Below are positions 54,073 through 61,351 of a stretch of DNA of 64,000 bases, piece by piece. Position 1 is the stretch's first letter. The number at the start of each line of letters is the position of its first letter. The position numbers and the translations under genes are program-made. The notes under the pieces are model-generated. The model worked only from the letters and a program-made list of their open reading frames with translations, ran no database searches and was not told where the DNA came from. This DNA is from Chlamydiales bacterium (GTDB taxonomy: Bacteria > Chlamydiota > Chlamydiia > Chlamydiales > JAAKFR01): positions 8,024 through 72,023 of the forward strand of contig JAJACG010000032.1 in assembly GCA_022601635.1 (NCBI GenBank), written 5' to 3'.

Positions 54073-54694
54073 TCTAGCTGTTGTCTTTCTAGCTGGTGGT
54101 GTTGGCAAACGTTTTGGCAGTACTACGCCAAAACAGTTTCAACCATTTGAGGGAAAACCATTAGCCTTACAAAGCTTTGAGGTTTTGAACCCGCTTGATC
54201 TAGAGACTGTTGTTGTGGTTGACAAGAGCTATGAGGAGCTATTTGATGGAGCTATTTTTGCCACTCCCGGTGCTAGGCGGCAGGACTCTGTTGCCAATGG
54301 GATTGCCAAGACAAACAAAGAGTGGATCATGGTGCATGATAGTGCTCGGCCCAATATCACTCTTGAGATGGTGCATAGGCTCTATGAGGCGGCCAAAAAA
54401 TGTGGAGCTGCCACAACAGGAATGCCGATGACCGCAACTGTAAAGCAGGTATGCGACAAGGGGCTTGTTGAAAAAACTTTGGATCGCGATCGCATCTGGG
54501 AGATTCAAACACCGCAGATTGTGAAGCGCGATGTTCTACTAGAGGGGCTTGCCCTTGACCAGGAGGTGACTGATGATGTTTCGCTTGCTGAGCTTGTAGG
54601 TTGCCCTGTCACAATAGTTGAGGGCTCTTTTCGCAACATCAAAGTAACGAAGAGAGAAGATTTGGAGTTAGCAAGGAGGCTGCGTGAGATATAA
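54065..54694 (+). CDS. ispD: 2-C-methyl-D-erythritol 4-phosphate cytidylyltransferase
   Basis: 209 aa with VVFLAGGVGKRFGSTTPKQF and VHDSARP. Confidence 0.93.
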   Translation: MDDLAVVFLAGGVGKRFGSTTPKQFQPFEGKPLALQSFEVLNPLDLETVVVVDKSYEELFDGAIFATPGARRQDSVANGIAKTNKEWIMVHDSARPNITLEMVHRLYEAAKKCGAATTGMPMTATVKQVCDKGLVEKTLDRDRIWEIQTPQIVKRDVLLEGLALDQEVTDDVSLAELVGCPVTIVEGSFRNIKVTKREDLELARRLREI

Positions 54695-55463
54695 GATTCA
54701 AGTTGCCTATGATGGTGGCCATTTTAGTGGCTGGCAGGTGCAGCCAAATGCCAGCTCCGTTCAAGCTGAGATTGAAAGAGCGCTCTTGTTGTTGACCAAG
54801 CAAAAGGTGCGCGTGATTGGATCGGGAAGAACCGATGCTGGTGCTCATGCGCGCGGCCAGGTTGCCCACTTTGATTGTGATCAAGAGCCTTCCCTATTGG
54901 CGCTTTGCGGCATTTTGCCCAAAGAGATTCGCATTCTTTCTATTGAACCGGTCGAAGAGAGTTTTCATGCGCAGTATGGCGCTAAGTCAAAGATCTACTA
55001 CTACCACCTCTGGCTCGATCAAGTGAGTGACCCGCTTCTCTACAAATATCGTTACAAGGTACCCTTCTCCATCTGCTTGGAAAAATTGAAGGAGGCTGCT
55101 GCCCTTTTTGTTGGCAGACAGGATTTTAAAAGCTTTTGCAATGCGGGAAGCTCTGTCAAAACGACTGTGCGTACCCTGAAGCGGATCGATATCGTGAAGC
55201 AAAGAGGCGGTGTGCGCCTAGAGTTTGAGGGCAACGGCTTTTTGTACAAGATGGTGCGCAACATTGTCGGTACACTACTCGAAGTGGCAAGCGGCAAAGA
55301 GATTGATATTGCCAAGCTTTTAGAGGCCAAAGATCGTAGAGAGGCGGGCGCCTGCGCACCAGCTCACGGCCTCTTTCTTATGGAAGTAAACTATGAAAAC
55401 TCTTCACATGGCCAAAAGTGCCAGGAAGCCTCTCAATCTCCTCAGTTGGCAGCACAGAGGTGA
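54684..55463 (+). CDS. truA: tRNA pseudouridine(38-40) synthase
   Basis: 259 aa with YKIQVAYDGGHFSGWQVQPN and the catalytic GSGRTDAGAHA. Confidence 0.93.
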   Translation: MRYKIQVAYDGGHFSGWQVQPNASSVQAEIERALLLLTKQKVRVIGSGRTDAGAHARGQVAHFDCDQEPSLLALCGILPKEIRILSIEPVEESFHAQYGAKSKIYYYHLWLDQVSDPLLYKYRYKVPFSICLEKLKEAAALFVGRQDFKSFCNAGSSVKTTVRTLKRIDIVKQRGGVRLEFEGNGFLYKMVRNIVGTLLEVASGKEIDIAKLLEAKDRREAGACAPAHGLFLMEVNYENSSHGQKCQEASQSPQLAAQR

Positions 55464-56019
55464 CCAAAATCCCCTCAGCACCAGCACCAAGCAGCGCAGA
55501 GAGTCCGCGCGGTGAATCCTCAAATCCAATCACACGCTTTGCCCCCTTTGAGGCAAACTCATAGCATTCAGGATCGGGTTTGGGCTTGCCATAGTCTTCA
55601 CGAGTGATCCAGCGCGGAATTGTCTGCAAAATAGGATGCATATCCTTGATCGCTTCGATCTGTACACGCGCAGAGTTGGTCACAACGCAGGTTGGAAACC
55701 CTTGTAGCATCTCCAAAAAGGGCGTAACTCCAGGCATCAGATCGACTCTTTTCGCCAAAAGCTCCTGATAACACGCCTTTTTCTCAGCATAAAGCCTCTC
55801 CCAAGGTACATCCTGCAGCTGCTCATACTCCTTCAGGAGCGCTTTTTTCAAGCCATCTGCGCTGTAGAGTGCAAATTTTGCATATTGCACCTCATCCCAC
55901 TTGAGAGAAATGCCCCTTTTCGCACACATTTGTTTGTAGGCATCAAAGTGTAGCTGCTCGCTATCCACCAAGACGCCATCAAAATCGAAACAGATGAGAT
56001 CGTAATCGTGCCAATTCAT
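55378..56019 (-). CDS. HAD-superfamily hydrolase (subfamily IA, phosphatase/beta-phosphoglucomutase-like)
   Basis: 213 aa with motif I LICFDFDGVLVDSE, TNS and GFEDSPRG. It overlaps the truA 3' end by 86 nt (convergent). Confidence 0.8.
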   Translation of the reverse strand: MNWHDYDLICFDFDGVLVDSEQLHFDAYKQMCAKRGISLKWDEVQYAKFALYSADGLKKALLKEYEQLQDVPWERLYAEKKACYQELLAKRVDLMPGVTPFLEMLQGFPTCVVTNSARVQIEAIKDMHPILQTIPRWITREDYGKPKPDPECYEFASKGAKRVIGFEDSPRGLSALLGAGAEGILVTSVLPTEEIERLPGTFGHVKSFHSLLP

Positions 56020-56760
56020 GCTGCCAAGTATATCCTACCGCTGCTTTTTTTGCTCGGCTGTGAAAAAAAAAGTGAGGGCGAGTACATCTACCGTCACTCC
56101 CAAGATCGCCTATTTGCTGCCAGCTCCTCACAAGTGGAGGCGCAGCCAACCTATCCTTGGCAATCAACTAGCGACCTGCCCACCATCACAAAAGAGTTTT
56201 TTCGCTGCAAAGGCAATCTGCTCAATCCTGTGCGTGAAAAAAAACGCGAAGGGCGCGAATCCTTCTTCTTCAGCGACTGCAATGGTACACACAGCCTTCC
56301 TATCGTAGATGGGAAGGAGTTCGTCTACCCAATTCTGCTTAAACTGCTCAACTTCGTCCAGCTGGATATCGGCAAGAGGATCACTGTGACAACGGGTCAC
56401 CGCTGCCCCACGCACAACAGCTACTGCGACTACACCCCCTACAACTACGGCTCCAAACATATGATCGGCGCTGAAGTGGACTTCTATATTGAAGATGTGC
56501 AACCAGAAAAAATCATCGAATCACTGCAAAAGTGCTACGAAACCCCCTTCTTACGCTACACAAAGGGTAACCTCAACATCTCTACTGAGGCTTGGTATAA
56601 TGATGAGGTTTTCATCAAACTCTATCTGCCAAATGAGGGTCGCGATGAGGATAATCTCCACAACAATGCCTACATCAGTATCCAAGTACGTTATGACTCT
56701 GAAAAAAAGCAAAGGGTACGTTTCGACCAAGCGATCAGCGAAAGCCTACTGCGGGGCTAA
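56008..56760 (+). CDS. Lipoprotein with a peptidase-M15-like (zinc D,D-carboxypeptidase fold) signature
   Basis: 250 aa with a GTG start and lipobox LLFLLGC. TTGHRCPTHNSYC...SKHMIGAEVDFYI resembles the SGYR..N...S.H..G.A.D motif set of M15/YcbK-type peptidases. The function is tentative. Confidence 0.5.
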   Translation: MPIHAAKYILPLLFLLGCEKKSEGEYIYRHSQDRLFAASSSQVEAQPTYPWQSTSDLPTITKEFFRCKGNLLNPVREKKREGRESFFFSDCNGTHSLPIVDGKEFVYPILLKLLNFVQLDIGKRITVTTGHRCPTHNSYCDYTPYNYGSKHMIGAEVDFYIEDVQPEKIIESLQKCYETPFLRYTKGNLNISTEAWYNDEVFIKLYLPNEGRDEDNLHNNAYISIQVRYDSEKKQRVRFDQAISESLLRG

Positions 56761-58569
56761 CATTTGTACAAGCGAGTTGAAAAGGGTGATTAGCTCCTCA
56801 CTATTGCCCTCACGATCAGCAAGAGCTCCTGACGCATCCAGCTCACCCATCGCAGAAAAAATTTGCCCATAGCGCGCTTTGGCTAGTGCGCCTTCTAGTG
56901 TCGGAGGCTGTTTGGCCAGCACCTTAAGCGCTGCTGGCGCTGTGCTCCAATTGCCCGTATAGGCACTAATCTTAAAGGCGCGCTCAGCAGCTGGCAGCTT
57001 AGCTTTTTTCTTATGAACAGCAAGTGCAGCTTTTTCAGGCTCTTTATACCCCCCAATCTGAGCATTTTCGACCACCTCATGATCACCAACTGCAAAAAGA
57101 GCTTGAAAAAGCCAATCTTCACCAGCACAGCCCAGATCTGATGCAAGAGCCCCAACCATCACAGACTCACCACAAGAAATCAGTTCAGTCAAAATATCAC
57201 GCGTTACAGCTGCATTATCCAGTTCATGCAAGAGATGGTAGACCACGTTACCAGAAACTTCTTGGATAATGTCCAACACCTCAGTGACCAGCTGAGAGTG
57301 ATCAAGGCCCTGTGTCGGCAAAGTCCGTGCAATAGCTCTTACATGACGCCCATCATAATCGTCAAACAGCTCGAAGCGTATATTTGCTAGTTTCAACTGC
57401 AGCCAATTCATATCTTCACAGTCTACTCCCCCAGCAATAATGTTATCTACCTCAGAAATAAGCACTTTCGCACTCTGCTTTTGTTGATGCGAAAGAGAGA
57501 TCTCAAGCACATCGACGAGCGTTATCAACCGTTTTAATGAAGGCAAGCCTGGCATATGGGAGATAGAAGTGATAATTTGATTGATCTCAGTAATGTTTAA
57601 GGCAGGGCAGGAGGCATAACTTTTAAGTAACTTGCTCTTAGTCGCAGATGGGGAAAGCAAAAACGCCGACTGCAGCCCACTTGTAATCAGAGATCTAGCG
57701 GCCTTTTGATCGAATTTCCATAGTGCCCGTCCTAGATTCTTAAGAGCTACAGCCTTAAATTCATTTGACTTTGTCATGATTTCCTCGCACAGTCTGCCCT
57801 TGGCAAAATCCACAATCTCAGAGGTCAAACGATCACTAGACGCAAGCTTATCTATGGTAACGACCATCCTCATACAGGCGATAGAGGTGTGATTTTCTCG
57901 TAAAAAATCGCTGGTCACGCGAGAAGAGATTTCCTTCCACTCCTTTGTTGCTGCATCTCGCCTGCCATCATAGCTAATCCAGTTAGAGATGGAGGAGGCC
58001 TTTTTAGGATATCTCATACAATCTTCAAAAACTGTGACCAGTTTCACCTGAGAATCTGATTGAGAAAAGGTCCATGAATTACAATTATTTTTAATCAGGC
58101 TGTATAGCCCAAATTCTTGACCCGCAGCCAACAGGGATTCAGCCCAAACCGTTGCTTTAGAAATGACTCTTGGTTCAATAGGCCCTTCGATCTGCAGCGT
58201 CTTCACAAAAAGATTTGCTATTTTTTTCAATTCACCCATCACAAGGGGATGAAGAGGTTTCTTACCATTCTCACTATTCCACAACTGCTCCAATGAGTAG
58301 GGTGGAATAAAAACTGGGATTTGCAAATGGCGCCATGAACGTAGAAGCAAGGCTTTTCTAACATGTGAATAGCATTTGAAATAGCCCCTCACCAATGCAA
58401 GATAGCGCTTTGAAGTGGTTCGCATGCAAGCAAGAGCTGTTAGATCCAGACGATCAAATATCAAATGCCACACATCATCCGGTAGCTCTTGGTGCGTGTA
58501 CACAACTTTGGCAGGTGTTGCTTCTTGCTGATGATACTCGAATCTTGGTAATTTATGGGCTGGTTGCAT
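56746..58569 (-). CDS. F-box-domain protein (eukaryote-like; candidate host-ubiquitination effector)
   Basis: 607 aa. Residues about 28-60, LPDDVWHLIFDRLDLTALACMRTTSKRYLALV, fit the F-box consensus LPxEhhxxIhxxLxxxDLxxxxxVxKxWxxLh. The rest is helical and I recognise no family. Confidence 0.72.
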   Translation of the reverse strand: MQPAHKLPRFEYHQQEATPAKVVYTHQELPDDVWHLIFDRLDLTALACMRTTSKRYLALVRGYFKCYSHVRKALLLRSWRHLQIPVFIPPYSLEQLWNSENGKKPLHPLVMGELKKIANLFVKTLQIEGPIEPRVISKATVWAESLLAAGQEFGLYSLIKNNCNSWTFSQSDSQVKLVTVFEDCMRYPKKASSISNWISYDGRRDAATKEWKEISSRVTSDFLRENHTSIACMRMVVTIDKLASSDRLTSEIVDFAKGRLCEEIMTKSNEFKAVALKNLGRALWKFDQKAARSLITSGLQSAFLLSPSATKSKLLKSYASCPALNITEINQIITSISHMPGLPSLKRLITLVDVLEISLSHQQKQSAKVLISEVDNIIAGGVDCEDMNWLQLKLANIRFELFDDYDGRHVRAIARTLPTQGLDHSQLVTEVLDIIQEVSGNVVYHLLHELDNAAVTRDILTELISCGESVMVGALASDLGCAGEDWLFQALFAVGDHEVVENAQIGGYKEPEKAALAVHKKKAKLPAAERAFKISAYTGNWSTAPAALKVLAKQPPTLEGALAKARYGQIFSAMGELDASGALADREGNSEELITLFNSLVQMLAPQ

Positions 58570-58603
58570 GCAAAGAGTCTATCAAAAAGCAGAAAAAAAG
58601 CCC

Positions 58604-58681
58604 GCTATTTCAGTATCTCCTATAGGAGATACTGAATAATACAGAAGATTCAATGAGCGCGTTATTCAGTGGATCCTAAAG
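58604..58681 (+). repeat. Palindromic-element remnants F: a right-end fragment joined head-to-tail to an internally deleted copy
   Basis: GCTATTTCAGTATCTCCTATAG | GAGATACTGAATAATACAGAAGATTCAATGAGCGCGTTATTCAGTGGATCCTAAAG. The junction TTCAGTATCTCCTATAGGAGATACTGAA is a perfect 28-bp palindrome. Confidence 0.65.
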
Positions 58682-58709
58682 TTTTAGAATAAAAAGAGAG
58701 TCTAATCTC

Positions 58710-58738
58710 TTGTGCTAAATGAGAGAGGGCTCTATAGT
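58710..58738 (+). promoter_or_regulatory. Candidate promoter of tRNA-Leu
   Basis: TTGTGC, a 17-nt spacer, then TATAGT, ending 10 nt before the mature tRNA 5' end. Confidence 0.4.
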
Positions 58739-58748
58739 TCTTTGCGAT

Positions 58749-58832
58749 GCCGATGTGGCGGAATTGGTAGACGCGGCAGACTCAAAATCTGCTCTTAGCA
58801 ATAAGGTGTTGGTTCGAGTCCAATCATCGGCA
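58749..58832 (+). tRNA. tRNA-Leu (anticodon CAA)
   Basis: The hand-folded cloverleaf has acceptor GCCGATG/CATCGGC plus discriminator A, D arm GCG-GAATTGGTAGA-CGC and anticodon stem GCAGA/TCTGC with loop CTCAAAA. It also has a long variable arm (CTTAGCAATAAG) and T arm GTTGG-TTCGAGT-CCAAT. CCA is not encoded. Confidence 0.9.
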
Positions 58833-58878
58833 TTCCATTTCTCTTGTGGTTTAATCTCTCATCATTATTTTGAAAGAG

Positions 58879-59187
58879 ATGGCACAAGAAAAACTTTTGC
58901 ATCTCCTACAAAAAAAACGGGGCTTCTTCGAAGCCATTTTGGACCTTTCTGAGGAAGAGAGCAGTCTCAACGTTCCTGATTGGATCTCCGTCCTAGAGCA
59001 GAAAAAAGTGCTTCTTTCTTGTATCGATGAGATCGACGGTGAGATCGCCCCATTCAAGGCAAAACTACACAACCTCTCCCAAGAGGTGAGTGATGAGCTG
59101 AAAAAGACCCGTACAATTGTCAAACGAATTCTTGACCTCGATGATCGCAATCAAGAGGTGCGACGCAAAATGCTAAACGATGAGTGA
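58879..59187 (+). CDS. Small helical/coiled-coil hypothetical protein upstream of the ctcB-ctcC pair
   Basis: 102 aa from ATG 58879 (the track starts at TTG 58870). It overlaps the kinase start by 8 nt, suggesting an operon. I recognise no family. Confidence 0.55.
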   Translation: MAQEKLLHLLQKKRGFFEAILDLSEEESSLNVPDWISVLEQKKVLLSCIDEIDGEIAPFKAKLHNLSQEVSDELKKTRTIVKRILDLDDRNQEVRRKMLNDE

Positions 59188-60166
59188 CCTACACGCCCTA
59201 TATACCCGACTCGAAGCGAAAGTTGAGAGGCTCCAAGAGAGACTTGAGGCTTCCCACCTTGTTTTGACCAGTATTGAAGAGGCCATCTTGTACCTCAATC
59301 CGATGGGCTTTATCATACTCTGTAACCCTGCGATGGAGCGCCTGCTTAATCTGAGCGACCTTGTCGACACCCTCTTTTGGGACCACTTCGATGACAGCTA
59401 CTTTGGATTCTCAATGCGAGATGCTCTAGACTCTCACAAGCGGCAGTGCCTATTCGTTGAACTTGATGGTCGGGAGGTTGAGATCTCCACTTCATATGCG
59501 CATGGCCTGATTCTTTTGTGTCGCGATCGCACTGAGATTCGCAAATTGGAAGCCGCTGTTGGACAGAGCAATCGCCTCAAAGTTTTGGGTGAGATGGCAG
59601 CCACACTAGCGCATGAGATTCGCAACCCTCTTGGCGGTATTGAGGGTTTTGCCTCCCTCTTAGCTCAAGATTTAAAGGAGGAATCTCATGCTTCGATGGT
59701 TGGCTCCATTTTAGAGGGAACGCGAACACTCAATGAGCTTGTTTCAAATGTGTTGGACTACACACGCAATGTGCAGCTGCACTTCACAGAGTGTGATCTA
59801 CTCACACTGTGCGAGGAGTTGATTCCCTATGCACCTGAGCTTAAAGTTTCAGGTTCATCTTCAATCTGTGCTGTCGATCGTCAAAAATTGAAGATGGCGC
59901 TTCTCAACCTTGTGAAAAATGGCATTGAGGCAGCAGGAGCGGTTTCGATCACAGTTTTGAAGGGCGGTATCATTGAGGTGCATGACAATGGGCCAGGCAT
60001 TGCTCCCGACTTGAGGGACAAAATCTTCACCCCCTTCTTTACAACAAAAAGTCGCGGAACGGGGCTTGGACTTGTTGAAGCTAAGAAGGTGATCGATGCG
60101 CATGGTGGAAAGCTAAGCGTAGAATCAAATAGTGGAACAACGATGAGGGTGGAGCTATGCCGATAG
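59180..60166 (+). CDS. ctcB: Cytoplasmic PAS-containing sensor histidine kinase (NtrB/AtoS-like; chlamydial CtcB)
   Basis: 328 aa with no TM segments. H-box LGEMAATLAHEIRNPLGGI, N-box LLNLVKNGIEA, G1 HDNGPGI and G2 GTGLGL. Confidence 0.88.
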   Translation: MSDLHALYTRLEAKVERLQERLEASHLVLTSIEEAILYLNPMGFIILCNPAMERLLNLSDLVDTLFWDHFDDSYFGFSMRDALDSHKRQCLFVELDGREVEISTSYAHGLILLCRDRTEIRKLEAAVGQSNRLKVLGEMAATLAHEIRNPLGGIEGFASLLAQDLKEESHASMVGSILEGTRTLNELVSNVLDYTRNVQLHFTECDLLTLCEELIPYAPELKVSGSSSICAVDRQKLKMALLNLVKNGIEAAGAVSITVLKGGIIEVHDNGPGIAPDLRDKIFTPFFTTKSRGTGLGLVEAKKVIDAHGGKLSVESNSGTTMRVELCR

Positions 60167-61299
60167 AGAGGATCTTGGTTGTCGATGATGAGCCACTGAT
60201 GCGCAGCTTCTTGCAAGAGGGGCTTACGCGTAAAGGCTTTGATGTGCAGCTTGCTGAAAATGGCAAAGAGGCCTTTGCTGCTCTACGCAAAAGCAGTTTC
60301 GACCTTGTGATCACCGACATGAAAATGCCGGATGTAAGTGGACTCGATGTTGTGCAAAAAACCAAAGAACTCTACCCCAATGCGATGATTTTGGTGATGA
60401 CAGCACATGGCACCATTGAAAATGCGGTTGAGGCGATGCAGCTGGGCGCTTTTCACTACATCCTAAAACCCTTTGCCTTTGATGCGCTGATGGTCTTGAT
60501 CAAAAAGGCGCAAGAGCATCAACATCTTGTTGCTGAAAATGTCTACCTTCGAGAGCAGATTCAAAGCACAAGCAAGCAGGCAATGATCGCGCAAAGCCCT
60601 GTGATGAAAAAGCTTTTGGAAGAGGCAATCAAAATTGCCAAAAGTAACGCCTCTGTCTTCATCCAAGGCGAATCTGGAACAGGAAAGGAGGTGATGGCTG
60701 CCGCAATTCACGCTCACTCTTTGCGCTCCAATAGCCCCTATATTCGAGTCAACTGCGCCGCTGTTCCCGACACCTTGATCGAATCGGAATTCTTTGGTCA
60801 TGAAAAGGGCGCCTTTACAGGTGCGCAAACAAGAAGAATGGGGCGTTTTGAATTAGCAGACAGAGGGACACTGCTGCTCGATGAAGTGACCGAAATTCCT
60901 CTCAACTTGCAGCCCAAGCTTCTGCGCGCCATTCAAGAACATGAATTTGAACGTGTCGGCGGAAGCAAGCCAATCAATGTCGATATCCGTCTTATCTCTA
61001 CCTCAAACCGCGATTTAAAAGAGGCTCTTGAGCAGAAAATCATGCGCGAAGATCTCTACTACAGACTCAATGTAGTTCCTATCAAACTCCCCCCTCTTCG
61101 CGAGCGCAAAGAGGACATCTTGCCACTTGCTCACTACTTCTTGGAAAAATTTTCTCAGGAGAATCGCAAGAAGAAGATGAAGCTTTCAAAAGCTGCTGAA
61201 AAAAAACTACTTGCTTATGATTTCCCCGGAAATATTCGCGAGCTTGCCAACCTAATTGAGCGCATGTGTGTGCTCGAAAGCGAAACTTTTTCTTTCTAA
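60157..61299 (+). CDS. ctcC: Sigma-54-dependent response regulator lacking a C-terminal DNA-binding domain (CtcC/AtoC-like)
   Basis: 380 aa with the receiver domain ILVVDDEPLMR...VITDMKMPDVSG, AAA+ GESGTGKE, the GAFTGA loop (EKGAFTGAQ) and DEV. The protein ends right after the AAA+ lid with no HTH. Confidence 0.9.
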   Translation: MPIERILVVDDEPLMRSFLQEGLTRKGFDVQLAENGKEAFAALRKSSFDLVITDMKMPDVSGLDVVQKTKELYPNAMILVMTAHGTIENAVEAMQLGAFHYILKPFAFDALMVLIKKAQEHQHLVAENVYLREQIQSTSKQAMIAQSPVMKKLLEEAIKIAKSNASVFIQGESGTGKEVMAAAIHAHSLRSNSPYIRVNCAAVPDTLIESEFFGHEKGAFTGAQTRRMGRFELADRGTLLLDEVTEIPLNLQPKLLRAIQEHEFERVGGSKPINVDIRLISTSNRDLKEALEQKIMREDLYYRLNVVPIKLPPLRERKEDILPLAHYFLEKFSQENRKKKMKLSKAAEKKLLAYDFPGNIRELANLIERMCVLESETFSF

Positions 61300-61351
61300 A
61301 ATTTAAGATTGCGCGCTAGACTTCCTTTATAATTCTTTAACGGAGGTATTC

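Noticed and set aside
58719-58952. A 77-aa ORF overlapping tRNA-Leu, and the antisense 99-aa ORF 58851..59150.
   Set aside because: The first reads straight through a well-folding tRNA gene. The second is antisense to the small gene upstream of ctcB. Neither has a plausible RBS.
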